From an uncultured bacterium (GTDB lineage: Bacteria > Krumholzibacteriota > Krumholzibacteriia > LZORAL124-64-63): a stretch of DNA of 64,000 nucleotides. Both the position numbers and the translations under genes were made by a program. The notes beneath the pieces are model-generated. The model saw nothing but the letters and a program-made list of their open reading frames with translations, made no database searches and was not told the origin of the DNA. This document shows, piece by piece, positions 42,765-52,609 of this stretch. Positions within the stretch are counted from its first letter, which is position 1. Each line of letters starts with the position of its first letter. The stretch spans positions 64,001-128,000 of the forward strand of contig CAVSGO010000007.1 of NCBI GenBank assembly GCA_963727525.1, read 5' to 3'.

Positions 42765-42986
42765 CTGGTCCTCCTGGGTACCGACATGTCGGCACCGGGA
42801 ACGAGTCGCGGGCGATTCGGGAACAGGCCGATGATTATGGACCAGATGAAACACGAGTCAATTCGTATTAATACGTAGGTGGTATAAGTTGTCCCTGGCG
42901 TCGGTACCGAACGTGCTTTCACCGCGCGTCTCCTGTCTCTATCGTGATCGATCGATGCGACTGTCCCGAACGAATGTGGGAACGGC

Positions 42987-45900
42987 ATGCCTCTCGTCGC
43001 GATCACGGTTTCGCTCCTCATCGCTGCCGGCGCCGCCGGCTCGCCGGCGGACTCGGTGCTGGCGTTGCAATCGGGCGCCGTGTCGGCGCGGCCGGTGGCC
43101 GTCGTGGACGTCGGTCGTGACGATCTCGTGCGGTGGCGGGTGACGTTTCCCGCGGTGCAGGTGCGAACCGTGGAGGCGGCCAACGAGACCTGGCAGCAGC
43201 TATCCTTGCCGGGAGGCGACATCGACGGTGTACCCGGTTCGCCGGGATTGCCGAGCTGGACAGTGCTCGTCGCGGTTCCGGACCGCACGCCCGTCGACGT
43301 CACGGCCACCGTCGTCTCGTCGCGGACGTTCGCCGGGATCCGTCCCTGGCCCGTGCAGACCGACAGCAGTACGGTGCCATTCCGATACGATGCGGCGGCC
43401 TACGCGCCGCGGGAGAAAGCCGGCGCGCCGCTGGTGAGTGCTGGCCCGCCGGCGCGCCTGCACGGCGTCACGCTCGTTCCCCTGACCATCCACCCGGCGA
43501 GCTGGGACGCGACGACCGGTGAGCTGACCGTGGCCCACGAGGTCATGGTGACCCTGCCGGGTGTGTCGCTCGCCGGGTTCGCGGGTGTCGCACCCCTGCC
43601 GACCTCGTACGCCGCGATGATCGCCGACGCCGTCGTCGCGCCCGCCGGCGTGGCCGAACGGGGCGTCGCGGGCCGTGGGCCGGGCGGGTACCTCGTCATC
43701 TGTCCGGCGCAATCCGACGTGATCGCGGCCCTCGCGCCGCTGCTCGACTGGCGCCGGCGCCAGGGCTACCGGGTCGAGCTCGCCGACACCGACGCGACCG
43801 GCACGACGGTGACGTCGATCAAGGCCTACGTCCAGCATGCCTACGACACCTGGGATCCGGCCCTGGAATTCGTCGTGCTCGTCGGCGACGCGAACGGTGG
43901 TGTCGCGTTGCCATGCGGGTTCGATCATGACGGGTACGATGGCGAGGGCGACTTCGTCTACACGCAGCTCGACGGCGACGACGCCCTGCCGGACGTGCAC
44001 CTCGGTCGGATCAGCGTGCGCACGGCGAGCGAGCTGGCCGCCGTCGTGGAAAAGATCGTCGGCTACGAGACGGCACCGCCGCGCGACGATACGTCGTGGT
44101 TCACCCGCGCGTGCCTGACAGGCGACCCCTCGTCCAGCGGCATCTCCACGATCCACGTGAACCAGTGGGTGAAGGCGCAGCTCGAGGCGCTCGGCTTCGC
44201 GCCGGTGGACACGATCTGGGAGGGGGACTTCGCCGGTCTCATGCTCGAGCACCTGAGCGCCGGGGCGAGCGTGTTCGGCTACCGGGGCTTCTTCGAGATG
44301 AGCGGCTTCTCGTCGGCCTACGCGGACTTCGCGGACAACGGTGGAAAGCTGCCGTTCGCGGTGTTTCCCACCTGCGGTACGGGCGACTTCCTCGACGAGA
44401 CGAATGCGCGCAGCGAGGCCCTGCTGCGCAACACCCATGGCGGCGCCATCGGCGCGGTGGGCTCGTCGGCCACCGCGACGCATACAAGGGTCAACAACTG
44501 CTTCTACGCTGGCACGTGGAGCGGGGCCATCCGTGGCCGCGATCACCGGCAGGGCGTGGCGGTCGATCGCGGACGGCTCGAGCTGTTCCGCCAGTACGCC
44601 GGTTTCTCGGGCTCGATTTACGGCGACGACTTCCGCGACGTGCCGGCGACATTCTCGACCTGGAACACGCTCATCGGCGATCCGGCCACCGACCTCTGGT
44701 TGGCGGCGCCGGTCGCCCTCGCGGTGTCCTGCCCGGAGGTCATCCCCGCGGGGGCGACCGGTCTGCAGGTGGTCGTGGCGCGGGCCGACACCGGTGAGCC
44801 CGTGGCGGGTGCAATCGTCGCTGCCGTGCGCGAGCCGGACGTGCGCGCGGTGAGTGCGACCGATTCGACCGGCCTGGCTTTCCTGCCGCTGGTGCCGGGC
44901 GACACCACGGGTCCGCTGTCGCTGACGGTGTGGGGCCACGACCTGCTTCCGCACCTGGGGTCGGTATCGGTGGGCGAGGTGCCGGTGGCCATCGATCTCG
45001 CGAGCTGGACCCTCGACGACGGCGCACCCGGCGGCGACGGCGACGCCCGGCTGACGCCGCCGGAGACCGGTCGAGTCGCGGTGGTCCTGCGCAACCTCGG
45101 AACGGCGACGGCGCCGGCGGTCGTGGCGCGGCTCATGAGCGAGGAGGGGTGGCTCACCGTCGAATCCGACGCCGTCGACGTCGGGGATCTGGCTGGCGGT
45201 GCGGTGGCGCGAAGCATTGCCTTTTCCGTGACCGCCGCCGCGGATGCGCCTGCGGATAGCATCGCGCACCTGCGCGTGGAGGCGCGAAGCGGAGACGCGA
45301 ACTGGACGTTGCCCATCGCTTTACCCGTGCACGGCCCTGTCCTGACGGTGGCGGACGTCCGCTGGACGGGCGACGCATCGCTCGAACCCGGACGCCTCGC
45401 CGACGTGACCGTCGTCCTGGCGAACAGCGGCGACGGTGCCGGCGCCGCCGCGACCGCCGTGCTACGCAGCCGCAGCCCATTCGTCGCCGTGGTCGACAGC
45501 GACGCCACCTTCGCGTCCGTGCCGGCGGGAGAGGAGGTGGACGACGCGGGCGACCCGTTCCGCGTCGTCGTGGCGCCCGATGCCTTCGGCGGCAACCTGG
45601 CGGGCTGCACGCTGCACGTCGTGGCGGCGGACGGACGGCAGCACACGCTGGACGTCGTCCTGCCCCTCGGCACAGCGTCCACGGACCAGCCCACGGGGCC
45701 GGACGCCCACGGCTACTGCGCCTTCGACGACACCGACCCGAGCTGGCTGCCGGGCTTCCCGCGCGGCTGGATCGAGATCGATCCCGGGTATGGCGGACCG
45801 GGCGTCGACGTCGGTCTGACCGATTTCGATGCCGGGCAGGACGACACGCGTGTCGTCGAGCTACCCTTCGTGTTCCGTTTCTACGGGCGCGACTACGGTT

Positions 45901-47723
45901 CCATCTCGATCTGCTCCAACGGCTGGATCGCCATGGGTCCGACGTCGCTGTGCACGTATCAGGGCTGGGCACTCCCTGCCGTCGACGCGCCCGCGGCTCT
46001 CGTCGCCGCCTACTGGTGCGACCTGCGCCAGGACGACGAGGGGCGCGTCTATCTCTGGCACGACGAGGACCAGCATCGGTTCGTGGTCCAGTGGAGCGGC
46101 GTGCAGGCGAGGAGCGGCGCCAGCGAATCCGTGCCTGTGGATTTCGAGGTCGTGCTCGCCGATCCGGCCTGGTATCCCACCGTGACGGGCGACGGGGCCA
46201 TCCTCTGCCAGTATGCCGACATCGGTAGCGACGGTAGCGACCCTATCGGGACGGTCGGTATCCAGGGTCCCGACGAGGGCGACGCGATCTGCTATGCCTA
46301 CGGCTCTCGTCAGGCGCCGACGTCGGCACCTCTCGCCGACGGGCGGGCGATCCTGTTCGCGCCGCATGCTGCGCCCCACGGCGCCGCAGTGTCCGTCGAT
46401 CCTGGGACGCTCACCTTCACGCTGCCACCCGACGGCGAGGCGACGACATCGCTGCACCTGACGAGCACGGGCGACGCCGGCTCGGCGCTACACTATACGA
46501 TCACGGTCTTCGATCCCGATCCACCGACGATTGTGGCCGATACCGTGGCCGCGCGGGCCGTCGTGCAGGACCGCGGTTCGCGCATCTGGCTCATCGATAC
46601 CGGCTACGATCGGAACCGTCCCCGGGATCTGCACGTCTGGGCCATGATCTCGGATGCGGATCTGGACACGCTGCAGACGGTGGCGCTCGACTTCCCGCCG
46701 GAGGCGACCGTCGCTGACGTCACGGACATGGTCGGCGGGATCGACGACGCGGCGATGCTGGCGTGGGATGGCCGCGACGGCGTCGGTGCCGCGATCGGCT
46801 GGAGCGGCGCCGTGTCCGCTTCGGCGGTTGCCATCGAGGCCGTCGTGGGCGTCACGGTGAGTGGCGATCCCGGGTATGTCATCGTGCCCACGGTCATGAC
46901 GGGTCGACGTAGCGGCGAGGCGGTCACGATCGCGGGCTACGTTGCGCTCACGCTGAATCCGGACGGTGTCACCGTCGTGTCGCCGGTTGGCGGGGAACTG
47001 TGGACGATCGGGTCCGAACACGCGATCAGCTTCCGCACCACCGGGACGATCGATGCCCTGGACATCGCCCTCGATCGCGGCAACGGGGCATGGGAGTCCC
47101 TGGCCACGAACGTGCCGGTCTCTGGCGGCGGATGGCCATGGATGGTGACGGGGCCTCTCAGCGGGCGCTGCCTGATCCGCGCCTCGGCCACCGTGGATGC
47201 CGCGATCGCGGACGTCAGCGATGGCCCGTTCGCGGTCGGCCACGACCTGACGTGGCTGACCTGTGACGCGTCGGCGGGCGCGGTGCCGGCCGGCGGGAGC
47301 GTGACGATCGCGGTCACGGCCAGGGCGGGACCGCGCCCGCCGGGGATCTACCGGGCGAGTCTGCTGATCCATGGCGACGGGGGGGAGGCGTCGTCTGTCC
47401 CCGTCTCGTTGACGGTGACCACGCCCGGCACACCGTCGCTCTCGGCGCGTCCCACGCTGGGGCCGCCTCGTCCCAACCCCTTCCGTCACGGCACCAGCCT
47501 CGCCTTCACGTTGCCGGTCGACGGCGAGGCCGAGCTGGCGATCTTCGACCTCGCGGGTCACCGCGTCGCGACGTTGGTGTCCGGTCCGCGCCTCGCGGGT
47601 GCCCACGCGGTGACCTGGGACGGGGTCGATTGCCACGGCGCGCCTGTCGCCTCGAGCGTGTTCGTGGCTCGCCTCGAGGCCGCTGGACACCTGGTGACAC
47701 GCAAGCTCGTGTACGTGAAGTGA
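42987..47723 (+). CDS. C25 (gingipain)-family protein with propeptide, Ig-like domains and FlgD-Ig domain
   Basis: G.PGLP propeptide, LLDWRRRQG, FVVLVGD, PDVHLGRIS, PTCGTG, GAIGAVG, LIGDP, GPDAHGY, PNPF. Confidence 0.88.
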   Translation: MPLVAITVSLLIAAGAAGSPADSVLALQSGAVSARPVAVVDVGRDDLVRWRVTFPAVQVRTVEAANETWQQLSLPGGDIDGVPGSPGLPSWTVLVAVPDRTPVDVTATVVSSRTFAGIRPWPVQTDSSTVPFRYDAAAYAPREKAGAPLVSAGPPARLHGVTLVPLTIHPASWDATTGELTVAHEVMVTLPGVSLAGFAGVAPLPTSYAAMIADAVVAPAGVAERGVAGRGPGGYLVICPAQSDVIAALAPLLDWRRRQGYRVELADTDATGTTVTSIKAYVQHAYDTWDPALEFVVLVGDANGGVALPCGFDHDGYDGEGDFVYTQLDGDDALPDVHLGRISVRTASELAAVVEKIVGYETAPPRDDTSWFTRACLTGDPSSSGISTIHVNQWVKAQLEALGFAPVDTIWEGDFAGLMLEHLSAGASVFGYRGFFEMSGFSSAYADFADNGGKLPFAVFPTCGTGDFLDETNARSEALLRNTHGGAIGAVGSSATATHTRVNNCFYAGTWSGAIRGRDHRQGVAVDRGRLELFRQYAGFSGSIYGDDFRDVPATFSTWNTLIGDPATDLWLAAPVALAVSCPEVIPAGATGLQVVVARADTGEPVAGAIVAAVREPDVRAVSATDSTGLAFLPLVPGDTTGPLSLTVWGHDLLPHLGSVSVGEVPVAIDLASWTLDDGAPGGDGDARLTPPETGRVAVVLRNLGTATAPAVVARLMSEEGWLTVESDAVDVGDLAGGAVARSIAFSVTAAADAPADSIAHLRVEARSGDANWTLPIALPVHGPVLTVADVRWTGDASLEPGRLADVTVVLANSGDGAGAAATAVLRSRSPFVAVVDSDATFASVPAGEEVDDAGDPFRVVVAPDAFGGNLAGCTLHVVAADGRQHTLDVVLPLGTASTDQPTGPDAHGYCAFDDTDPSWLPGFPRGWIEIDPGYGGPGVDVGLTDFDAGQDDTRVVELPFVFRFYGRDYGSISICSNGWIAMGPTSLCTYQGWALPAVDAPAALVAAYWCDLRQDDEGRVYLWHDEDQHRFVVQWSGVQARSGASESVPVDFEVVLADPAWYPTVTGDGAILCQYADIGSDGSDPIGTVGIQGPDEGDAICYAYGSRQAPTSAPLADGRAILFAPHAAPHGAAVSVDPGTLTFTLPPDGEATTSLHLTSTGDAGSALHYTITVFDPDPPTIVADTVAARAVVQDRGSRIWLIDTGYDRNRPRDLHVWAMISDADLDTLQTVALDFPPEATVADVTDMVGGIDDAAMLAWDGRDGVGAAIGWSGAVSASAVAIEAVVGVTVSGDPGYVIVPTVMTGRRSGEAVTIAGYVALTLNPDGVTVVSPVGGELWTIGSEHAISFRTTGTIDALDIALDRGNGAWESLATNVPVSGGGWPWMVTGPLSGRCLIRASATVDAAIADVSDGPFAVGHDLTWLTCDASAGAVPAGGSVTIAVTARAGPRPPGIYRASLLIHGDGGEASSVPVSLTVTTPGTPSLSARPTLGPPRPNPFRHGTSLAFTLPVDGEAELAIFDLAGHRVATLVSGPRLAGAHAVTWDGVDCHGAPVASSVFVARLEAAGHLVTRKLVYVK

Positions 47724-47735
47724 GTCTACCTTCCT

Positions 47736-47792
47736 CTCTGCCAGCGCATCCCTCTGCCAGCGCATCCCTCTGCCAGCGCATCCCTCTGCCAG
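47736..47792. repeat. 16-bp tandem repeat, ~3.5 perfect copies
   Basis: (CTCTGCCAGCGCATCC)x3 + CTCTGCCAG. Confidence 0.95.
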
Positions 47793-47928
47793 GAATGGTG
47801 CACCCTTTCTTGCACCGATTCATGTGATCGGTGATCTCCAGGATGACGCCAACTGGCCCGCCTGTTTGTCCGTCGATAGCTCAACCGAAGAGTTGATCTG
47901 ATAGCCAGATCGATTTAGAGTGGTGATC

Positions 47929-48288
47929 ATGAAAAAACTGCTCAAGCCATCCAGCTTATTGCTTTACGTGCTAAGCTTTTTCATTTTTTCGATTGTTGGT
48001 GCATTCATTGCAAGAATTACAGGAGCTACTGAAGGACAAGGACTAGCCGGCGGCGCCGTTGTCCTGGCCTACGGTATGTCGTTTGCAGGTCTTGGAGTTC
48101 TTGCTTCAATCATATTTGTGAATCGTGCCCATGAGAAGTCGGTTGTAATAGTCAATCGCCTATTCCTAGTTATTTTTCTCATTTGTATTGGATTCATGGT
48201 CTATCGAGTCGTTCATGGTGACAACAGATCGACCACAGTTATATATCCAGGCCAGGCGACTTCTATGGAGAATACCAGAAGTGACTAA
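47929..48288 (+). CDS. low-GC three-TM hypothetical membrane protein
   Basis: Visibly AT-rich; MKKLLKPSSLLLY..GQGLAGGAVVLAYG; three hydrophobic segments. Confidence 0.7.
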   Translation: MKKLLKPSSLLLYVLSFFIFSIVGAFIARITGATEGQGLAGGAVVLAYGMSFAGLGVLASIIFVNRAHEKSVVIVNRLFLVIFLICIGFMVYRVVHGDNRSTTVIYPGQATSMENTRSD

Positions 48289-49880
48289 CCGGATTGTGCC
48301 GCGGCGGCGCTTCGGGCCACACTGCATGCCTTGATCTGCCCCAGCAACCGCTCGTCCATGAAGCGCGAGAATGATTTCACGTGCAAGTAGAGCGCGGCGA
48401 ACGACATGGTGCCGCGGAACGACCGTGGGTTGTGGCGCAGGCTCGAGGCGAGCGCGCGCCAGAACGGACCGCGCACGTTGCGGTCGCGGACGCCGAGTTG
48501 CCAGCCGATCCGGGCGAACGTGCGCAGATCGCGCCAGGTTCCGCCGAGGGGACGCCGGAAACGATGCCGGGAGAGGTCGAGGTCGCGGTTGAGGCGTCGA
48601 ACGCGGCCGAAGAATGCGGCCGGAGCGTTGATTTGCTCGAGGACGGCCCGGTAGTCGCCGAGGATTGCGCGGCGCGGTCGTGTCGTGTCGAAGTTGAGGC
48701 CCGAGGTGCACTGATCGGCGTCCTGGTCGCCGACGAGGCGGTCGGAATCCGGATGCAGGCGGCCCTCGGCGTGCAGGCGTCGCGAGAGGTCGGTGTTCGG
48801 CAAGGCGTAGAGCAGCCCGACCATGCACATAGGGATCGCGGTCTCCTCGATGCAATCGGCCATCAGCTGGGCGACCACGTCCGACTCGGCGTCGAAGCCG
48901 AGGATGAAGCCGGCGTTCACGTAGATGCCCGCACGGTATATCCGGCGCACGCTGGCTACGATGTCCCGCTTCGCATTCTGGAGCTTGCGCGCTCCGAGGA
49001 GCGCGTCGCGGTCGGGCGTCTCGATGCCGACGAAGATCGCGAAGAATCCGGCTCGCTGCATGAGATCGAGCAGGTCGTCCTGATCGGCCAGGTTGAGGCT
49101 GGCTTCGGTCGAGAACTCGAACGGATGGCCGTGCGCCTCGCCCCAGGCGACGAGAGCGGCGAGGAAGGGGCGGACGGCTTTCGCATTGCCGATCAGGTTG
49201 TCGTCCACGAAGTCGACGTGGCCGCGGTAACCCAGGGCGCGCAGGGCGTCGAGTTCGCCAAGCATCTGGTCCGTGGACTTGAACCGTGGCACGCGGCCGT
49301 TCAGCTCGATGACGTTGCAGAACTCGCACTGGAAGGGGCAGCCCCGCGAGAACTGGACGCCGACGTGCAGGTAGTGCTCGAGTTTCAGGAGGTCGAAGCG
49401 CGGCTGCGGGGAACGCGCGAGGTCGGGAAACTCCGTGGCCGTGAAGACGCCGCCGGTCGCGCCGTCGCGCCAGGCCGCGACGAAATCGGCCAGGATGTCC
49501 TCGGCCTCGCCGAGGACCCGGAACTCCACCTCGCGGTAGACGTCCGGACTCGAGGTGACGTCCGGGCCGCCGATCACGATCGGTTTGCCGACCTTCTGCG
49601 CGCGGGCGATGACGTGCTTGGCATCGAGTTGCTGCGGCATCATGCAGCCGACCATCACGAGGTCCGCCCAGGCGAGATCCGTGTCCGTGAGGTCCTCGAT
49701 GTTGCGGTCGACGAGGCGGGTTGGCCAGTCCGCCGGCAGCAAACCAGCCACGGTGATCAGGCCGAGCGGTGCGGCGGAATACCGGGCGCCGGCAACGGCG
49801 CAGGTCTCGTGGTAGTTCCAGAACGCGTTCTTGCTGAAACGTGGGTGGACGAGCAGCACGTTGGGGGGCGCAGCGCGCAT
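48285..49880 (-). CDS. B12-binding radical SAM protein (DUF4070-type)
   Basis: GAGGAGG RBS before MRAAPP; PLGLITVA, IGGPD, SRGCPFQCEFC, FVDDN, GIET, FILGFD. Confidence 0.92.
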   Translation of the reverse strand: MRAAPPNVLLVHPRFSKNAFWNYHETCAVAGARYSAAPLGLITVAGLLPADWPTRLVDRNIEDLTDTDLAWADLVMVGCMMPQQLDAKHVIARAQKVGKPIVIGGPDVTSSPDVYREVEFRVLGEAEDILADFVAAWRDGATGGVFTATEFPDLARSPQPRFDLLKLEHYLHVGVQFSRGCPFQCEFCNVIELNGRVPRFKSTDQMLGELDALRALGYRGHVDFVDDNLIGNAKAVRPFLAALVAWGEAHGHPFEFSTEASLNLADQDDLLDLMQRAGFFAIFVGIETPDRDALLGARKLQNAKRDIVASVRRIYRAGIYVNAGFILGFDAESDVVAQLMADCIEETAIPMCMVGLLYALPNTDLSRRLHAEGRLHPDSDRLVGDQDADQCTSGLNFDTTRPRRAILGDYRAVLEQINAPAAFFGRVRRLNRDLDLSRHRFRRPLGGTWRDLRTFARIGWQLGVRDRNVRGPFWRALASSLRHNPRSFRGTMSFAALYLHVKSFSRFMDERLLGQIKACSVARSAAAAQSG

Positions 49881-50193
49881 CGAGATCTCCTCCTCGTTCC
49901 CGACGTGAGACTGCGGTCCGTGAACCCGAACGGCAGTTCGACGGCGGCGACGTGAAAGGACACCGCGCGTGTGCGGACAATGTATTGGTAAACTGGAGCA
50001 GCGCCTCCGAATTCGGCCGCCGGCTGTTTTGCTGGCGACCATGTCGCGCATTGGGATGGTCGGGACACGAGGGGTCGCGTGATGCCAAACGGCGTCACCC
50101 TCGCCCGCCTCGAGAGCGCGGGTCAGGTGGTGACGCAACGCATGCTACTCGTGGGCTGGTCCGCGCCAGCTGGCGCCGGCGAGCGGAGTTCCG

Positions 50194-50826
50194 TCAATAG
50201 CAAACCGCGCCGAGTGCCTGCGTAAAACGGGTGAGATCAGCCAGATCGAGCTGCCCGTCCCTAAAGAAGTCGGAGCGGGGATCGAACGCGCCGAGATAAT
50301 CCATCGTGAACAGCGTCAGGTCGGTCAGATTCACGATCAGGTTGCCATCGATATCGGCGCTGTTGAAATCCACGAATACGCCGGGGATGGGTAGCGGCCA
50401 GGCGTCCACGACCACCTCGACCGTCTCACCGAACGCGTGGCCGCCGGCGCGCATGGGTTGCTGCCAGCAGGTCGTGCCGGAGTCGTCCGTGTCCGAATCG
50501 GCAATGGTACCGTGAAGGCAGCTCACGAGGCCGGACTCGCTCGTCTGCAACCAGATGTCCTCGGCGGGCCACCCGCTGTAGGGATCACCGTTCGAGTCCA
50601 GCAGTGTCAGCCAGATCGTGGCGTCAACGACCGTTCCGTCCGGCGAGTGCGCCTGCGTGAAGAAAACGCCGCCGCCATCGGGTAGGACGTAGACCGTCGC
50701 ACCGGCCGGACAACCGATCGTCAAGGCCGAGTTGCCGAAATCCGGGATCGGGTTGGCCACGGCCACCGTCGCGGTGATGATGATGGCGAGCGCCGGAACG
50801 AAAGAAGTCATGATCGACCGTGTCAT
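50194..50826 (-). CDS. secreted hypothetical protein with dockerin/EF-hand-like C-terminus
   Basis: GAGG RBS, signal peptide, SADIDGNLIVNLTDL..SDFFRDGQLDLADL. Confidence 0.75.
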   Translation of the reverse strand: MTRSIMTSFVPALAIIITATVAVANPIPDFGNSALTIGCPAGATVYVLPDGGGVFFTQAHSPDGTVVDATIWLTLLDSNGDPYSGWPAEDIWLQTSESGLVSCLHGTIADSDTDDSGTTCWQQPMRAGGHAFGETVEVVVDAWPLPIPGVFVDFNSADIDGNLIVNLTDLTLFTMDYLGAFDPRSDFFRDGQLDLADLTRFTQALGAVCY

Positions 50827-50937
50827 GATCTCACCTCGCGGGAAAAACCTAGGACGAAATGGGGATTTGAAGCGGATTTGCATATGATGAGCATATCGAA
50901 CCCGCAATCTCAGGTCAACACTGCCCGCCCGGTCCCC

Positions 50938-50966
50938 TTGCCCCGGACGGCCCTGCCTGCTATGCT
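50938..50966 (+). promoter_or_regulatory. sigma70 promoter of the pyr operon
   Basis: TTGCCC-17 bp-TATGCT just upstream of the attenuator leader. Confidence 0.6.
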
Positions 50967-50983
50967 TCCCGGCGAGTTCTGGT

Positions 50984-51018
50984 CCTTTAATGTGGTCCGG
51001 TGAGACCCGAAGGGAAGG
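50984..51018 (+). promoter_or_regulatory. PyrR-binding RNA element
   Basis: CCTTTAA-TGT-GGTCCGGTGAGACC-CGAAGGGAAGG resembles the PyrR site (CUUUAA plus ARUCCNGNGAGGYU loop). Confidence 0.8.
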
Positions 51019-51037
51019 CGGTCGGGGTGAGGAAAAC

Positions 51038-51067
51038 GGCTGAGTGCATGGCGCTCGGCTTTTTTTT
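51038..51067 (+). terminator. attenuator terminator in the pyrR leader
   Basis: GGCTGAGTGC-ATG-GCGCTCGGC followed by T8. Confidence 0.85.
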
Positions 51068-51096
51068 GCCCGGCGGTCGGCCCGCGAGGAGAGCGC

Positions 51097-51648
51097 ATGA
51101 GTTTCGTCGAAAAAGCCGTCATCATGAATCAGGCGGACATGGCGCGGGCCGTCAAGCGCATGGCCCACGAGATCATCGAGGCCCACCGTGGCACCAAGGA
51201 CCTCGTGTTGCTGGGGATACAGAGGCGGGGTGTGCCGCTGGCGAAATTGCTGCGGGAGGCCATCACGCAGTTCGAGAAGACCGACCTGCCCATCGGTGCC
51301 ATCGACATCACGTTCTATCGCGACGACCTGTCCAAGCTCGGGCCGTCGCCGCGCGTGGCGCAGACGGACATGCCCTTCGACATCACCGACAAGATCGTCA
51401 TCCTGGTCGATGACGTGCTCTTCACCGGGCGCACCGTACGCGCTGCCCTCGACGTGATCATGGACTGGGGGCGGCCGCGCGCCATCCGGCTGGCCGTGCT
51501 CGTCGACCGTGGCCACCGCGAGCTGCCCATCCGGCCCGACTTCGTGGGCAAGAACGTGCCGACGTCGGCGCGCGAGGTCATCAAGGTCAAGGTGCAGGAG
51601 TTCGACGGCAAGGAGGAGGTCGTGGTCGGGGAGGTTCAGGAGGCATGA
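51097..51648 (+). CDS. pyrR: bifunctional pyr regulator / uracil phosphoribosyltransferase
   Basis: [47 protein letters not shown]. Confidence 0.97.
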   Translation: MSFVEKAVIMNQADMARAVKRMAHEIIEAHRGTKDLVLLGIQRRGVPLAKLLREAITQFEKTDLPIGAIDITFYRDDLSKLGPSPRVAQTDMPFDITDKIVILVDDVLFTGRTVRAALDVIMDWGRPRAIRLAVLVDRGHRELPIRPDFVGKNVPTSAREVIKVKVQEFDGKEEVVVGEVQEA

Positions 51649-52601
51649 TCCTCAAGCGCAAGGATGTCCTCGGGCTCGAAGAGCTGACAGCCGAGGAGAT
51701 CCTCGGCACCCTCGATATCGCAGCCCGCTTCCGCGCCGTCTTCGACCGTCCCGTGCGCAGCGTACCCATCATGCGCGGCCGCACGGTGGTGAACTTCTTC
51801 CACGAGCCCAGCACGCGCACGCGCGTGAGCTTCGAGCTGGCGGAGAAGCGCCTATCGGCCGACATCGTCAACTTCTCCGTGGCGGACAGCAGCTTCAAGA
51901 AGGGCGAGACGCTGCGCGATACGGCCGAGAACCTGCAGGCCATGAAGATCGACATGCTCGTCGTACGGCATGCGAGCAGTGGCGCGGCACACTACCTGGC
52001 GCGCGTGCTCGACTGCCCGGTGATCAACGCGGGTGACGGCTGCCACGAACACCCCACGCAAGGGCTGCTCGATATCATGACCATGGTGCAGCGTCTGGGC
52101 GACCTGCGCGGCAAGAAGGTCACCATCATCGGTGATATCGCGCACAGCCGCGTGGCGCGTTCGAATATCTGGGGCCTGACCAAGCTGGGCGCCCACGTCA
52201 CGTTGTGCGGACCGCCAACCATGGTGCCGGGCTCGATCGCGCGCATGGGCGTGAAGGTGGAGTATGACCTGCAACGCGCCGTGGCCGACGCCGACGTACT
52301 CAACGTGCTGCGCATCCAGCTCGAGCGTCACGCGAGTCAGGCGTTTCCGAGCAACCGCGAGTATCACAACCGCTACGGCATCACCGAGGACGTGGTGCGC
52401 CGCCTCAAGCCCGAGGCCTTCATCATGCATCCGGGCCCGATGAATCGCGACGTGGAGATCGCCAGCGAGGTGGCCGACGGCCCGCGCCAGGTGATTCTCG
52501 ACCAGGTGGCCAACGGCGTGGCCGTGCGCATGGCCCTGGTGTACCTGCTCTCCGGCGGCGATCCCGGCGCGCTCGGCGGCGGCGACACGAACGACAAGTG
52601 A
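51645..52601 (+). CDS. pyrB: aspartate carbamoyltransferase catalytic subunit
   Basis: [40 protein letters not shown]. Confidence 0.97.
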   Translation: MILKRKDVLGLEELTAEEILGTLDIAARFRAVFDRPVRSVPIMRGRTVVNFFHEPSTRTRVSFELAEKRLSADIVNFSVADSSFKKGETLRDTAENLQAMKIDMLVVRHASSGAAHYLARVLDCPVINAGDGCHEHPTQGLLDIMTMVQRLGDLRGKKVTIIGDIAHSRVARSNIWGLTKLGAHVTLCGPPTMVPGSIARMGVKVEYDLQRAVADADVLNVLRIQLERHASQAFPSNREYHNRYGITEDVVRRLKPEAFIMHPGPMNRDVEIASEVADGPRQVILDQVANGVAVRMALVYLLSGGDPGALGGGDTNDK

Positions 52602-52609
52602 GGACGACG

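Noticed and set aside
43200-45269. Long antisense or alternate-frame ORFs (also 7769-9793, 48166-50088, 61937-63520)
   Set aside because: Shadow ORFs expected in high-GC DNA overlapping well-supported genes.
47736-47792. Possible CRISPR array
   Set aside because: Repeats are contiguous with no spacers, and no cas genes are present.
48282-48340. attC after the low-GC gene (stop inside GACTAAC)
   Set aside because: No matching L'/R' arm or GTT; the region is the 3' end of the radical SAM gene.
49881-50190. Cobalamin or SAM riboswitch upstream of the radical SAM gene
   Set aside because: No recognisable conserved boxes by eye; an Rfam scan would be needed.
50194-51516. 440-aa minus-strand ORF
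   Set aside because: Its N-terminal half is antisense to pyrR and its leader; the real gene starts at ~50826.
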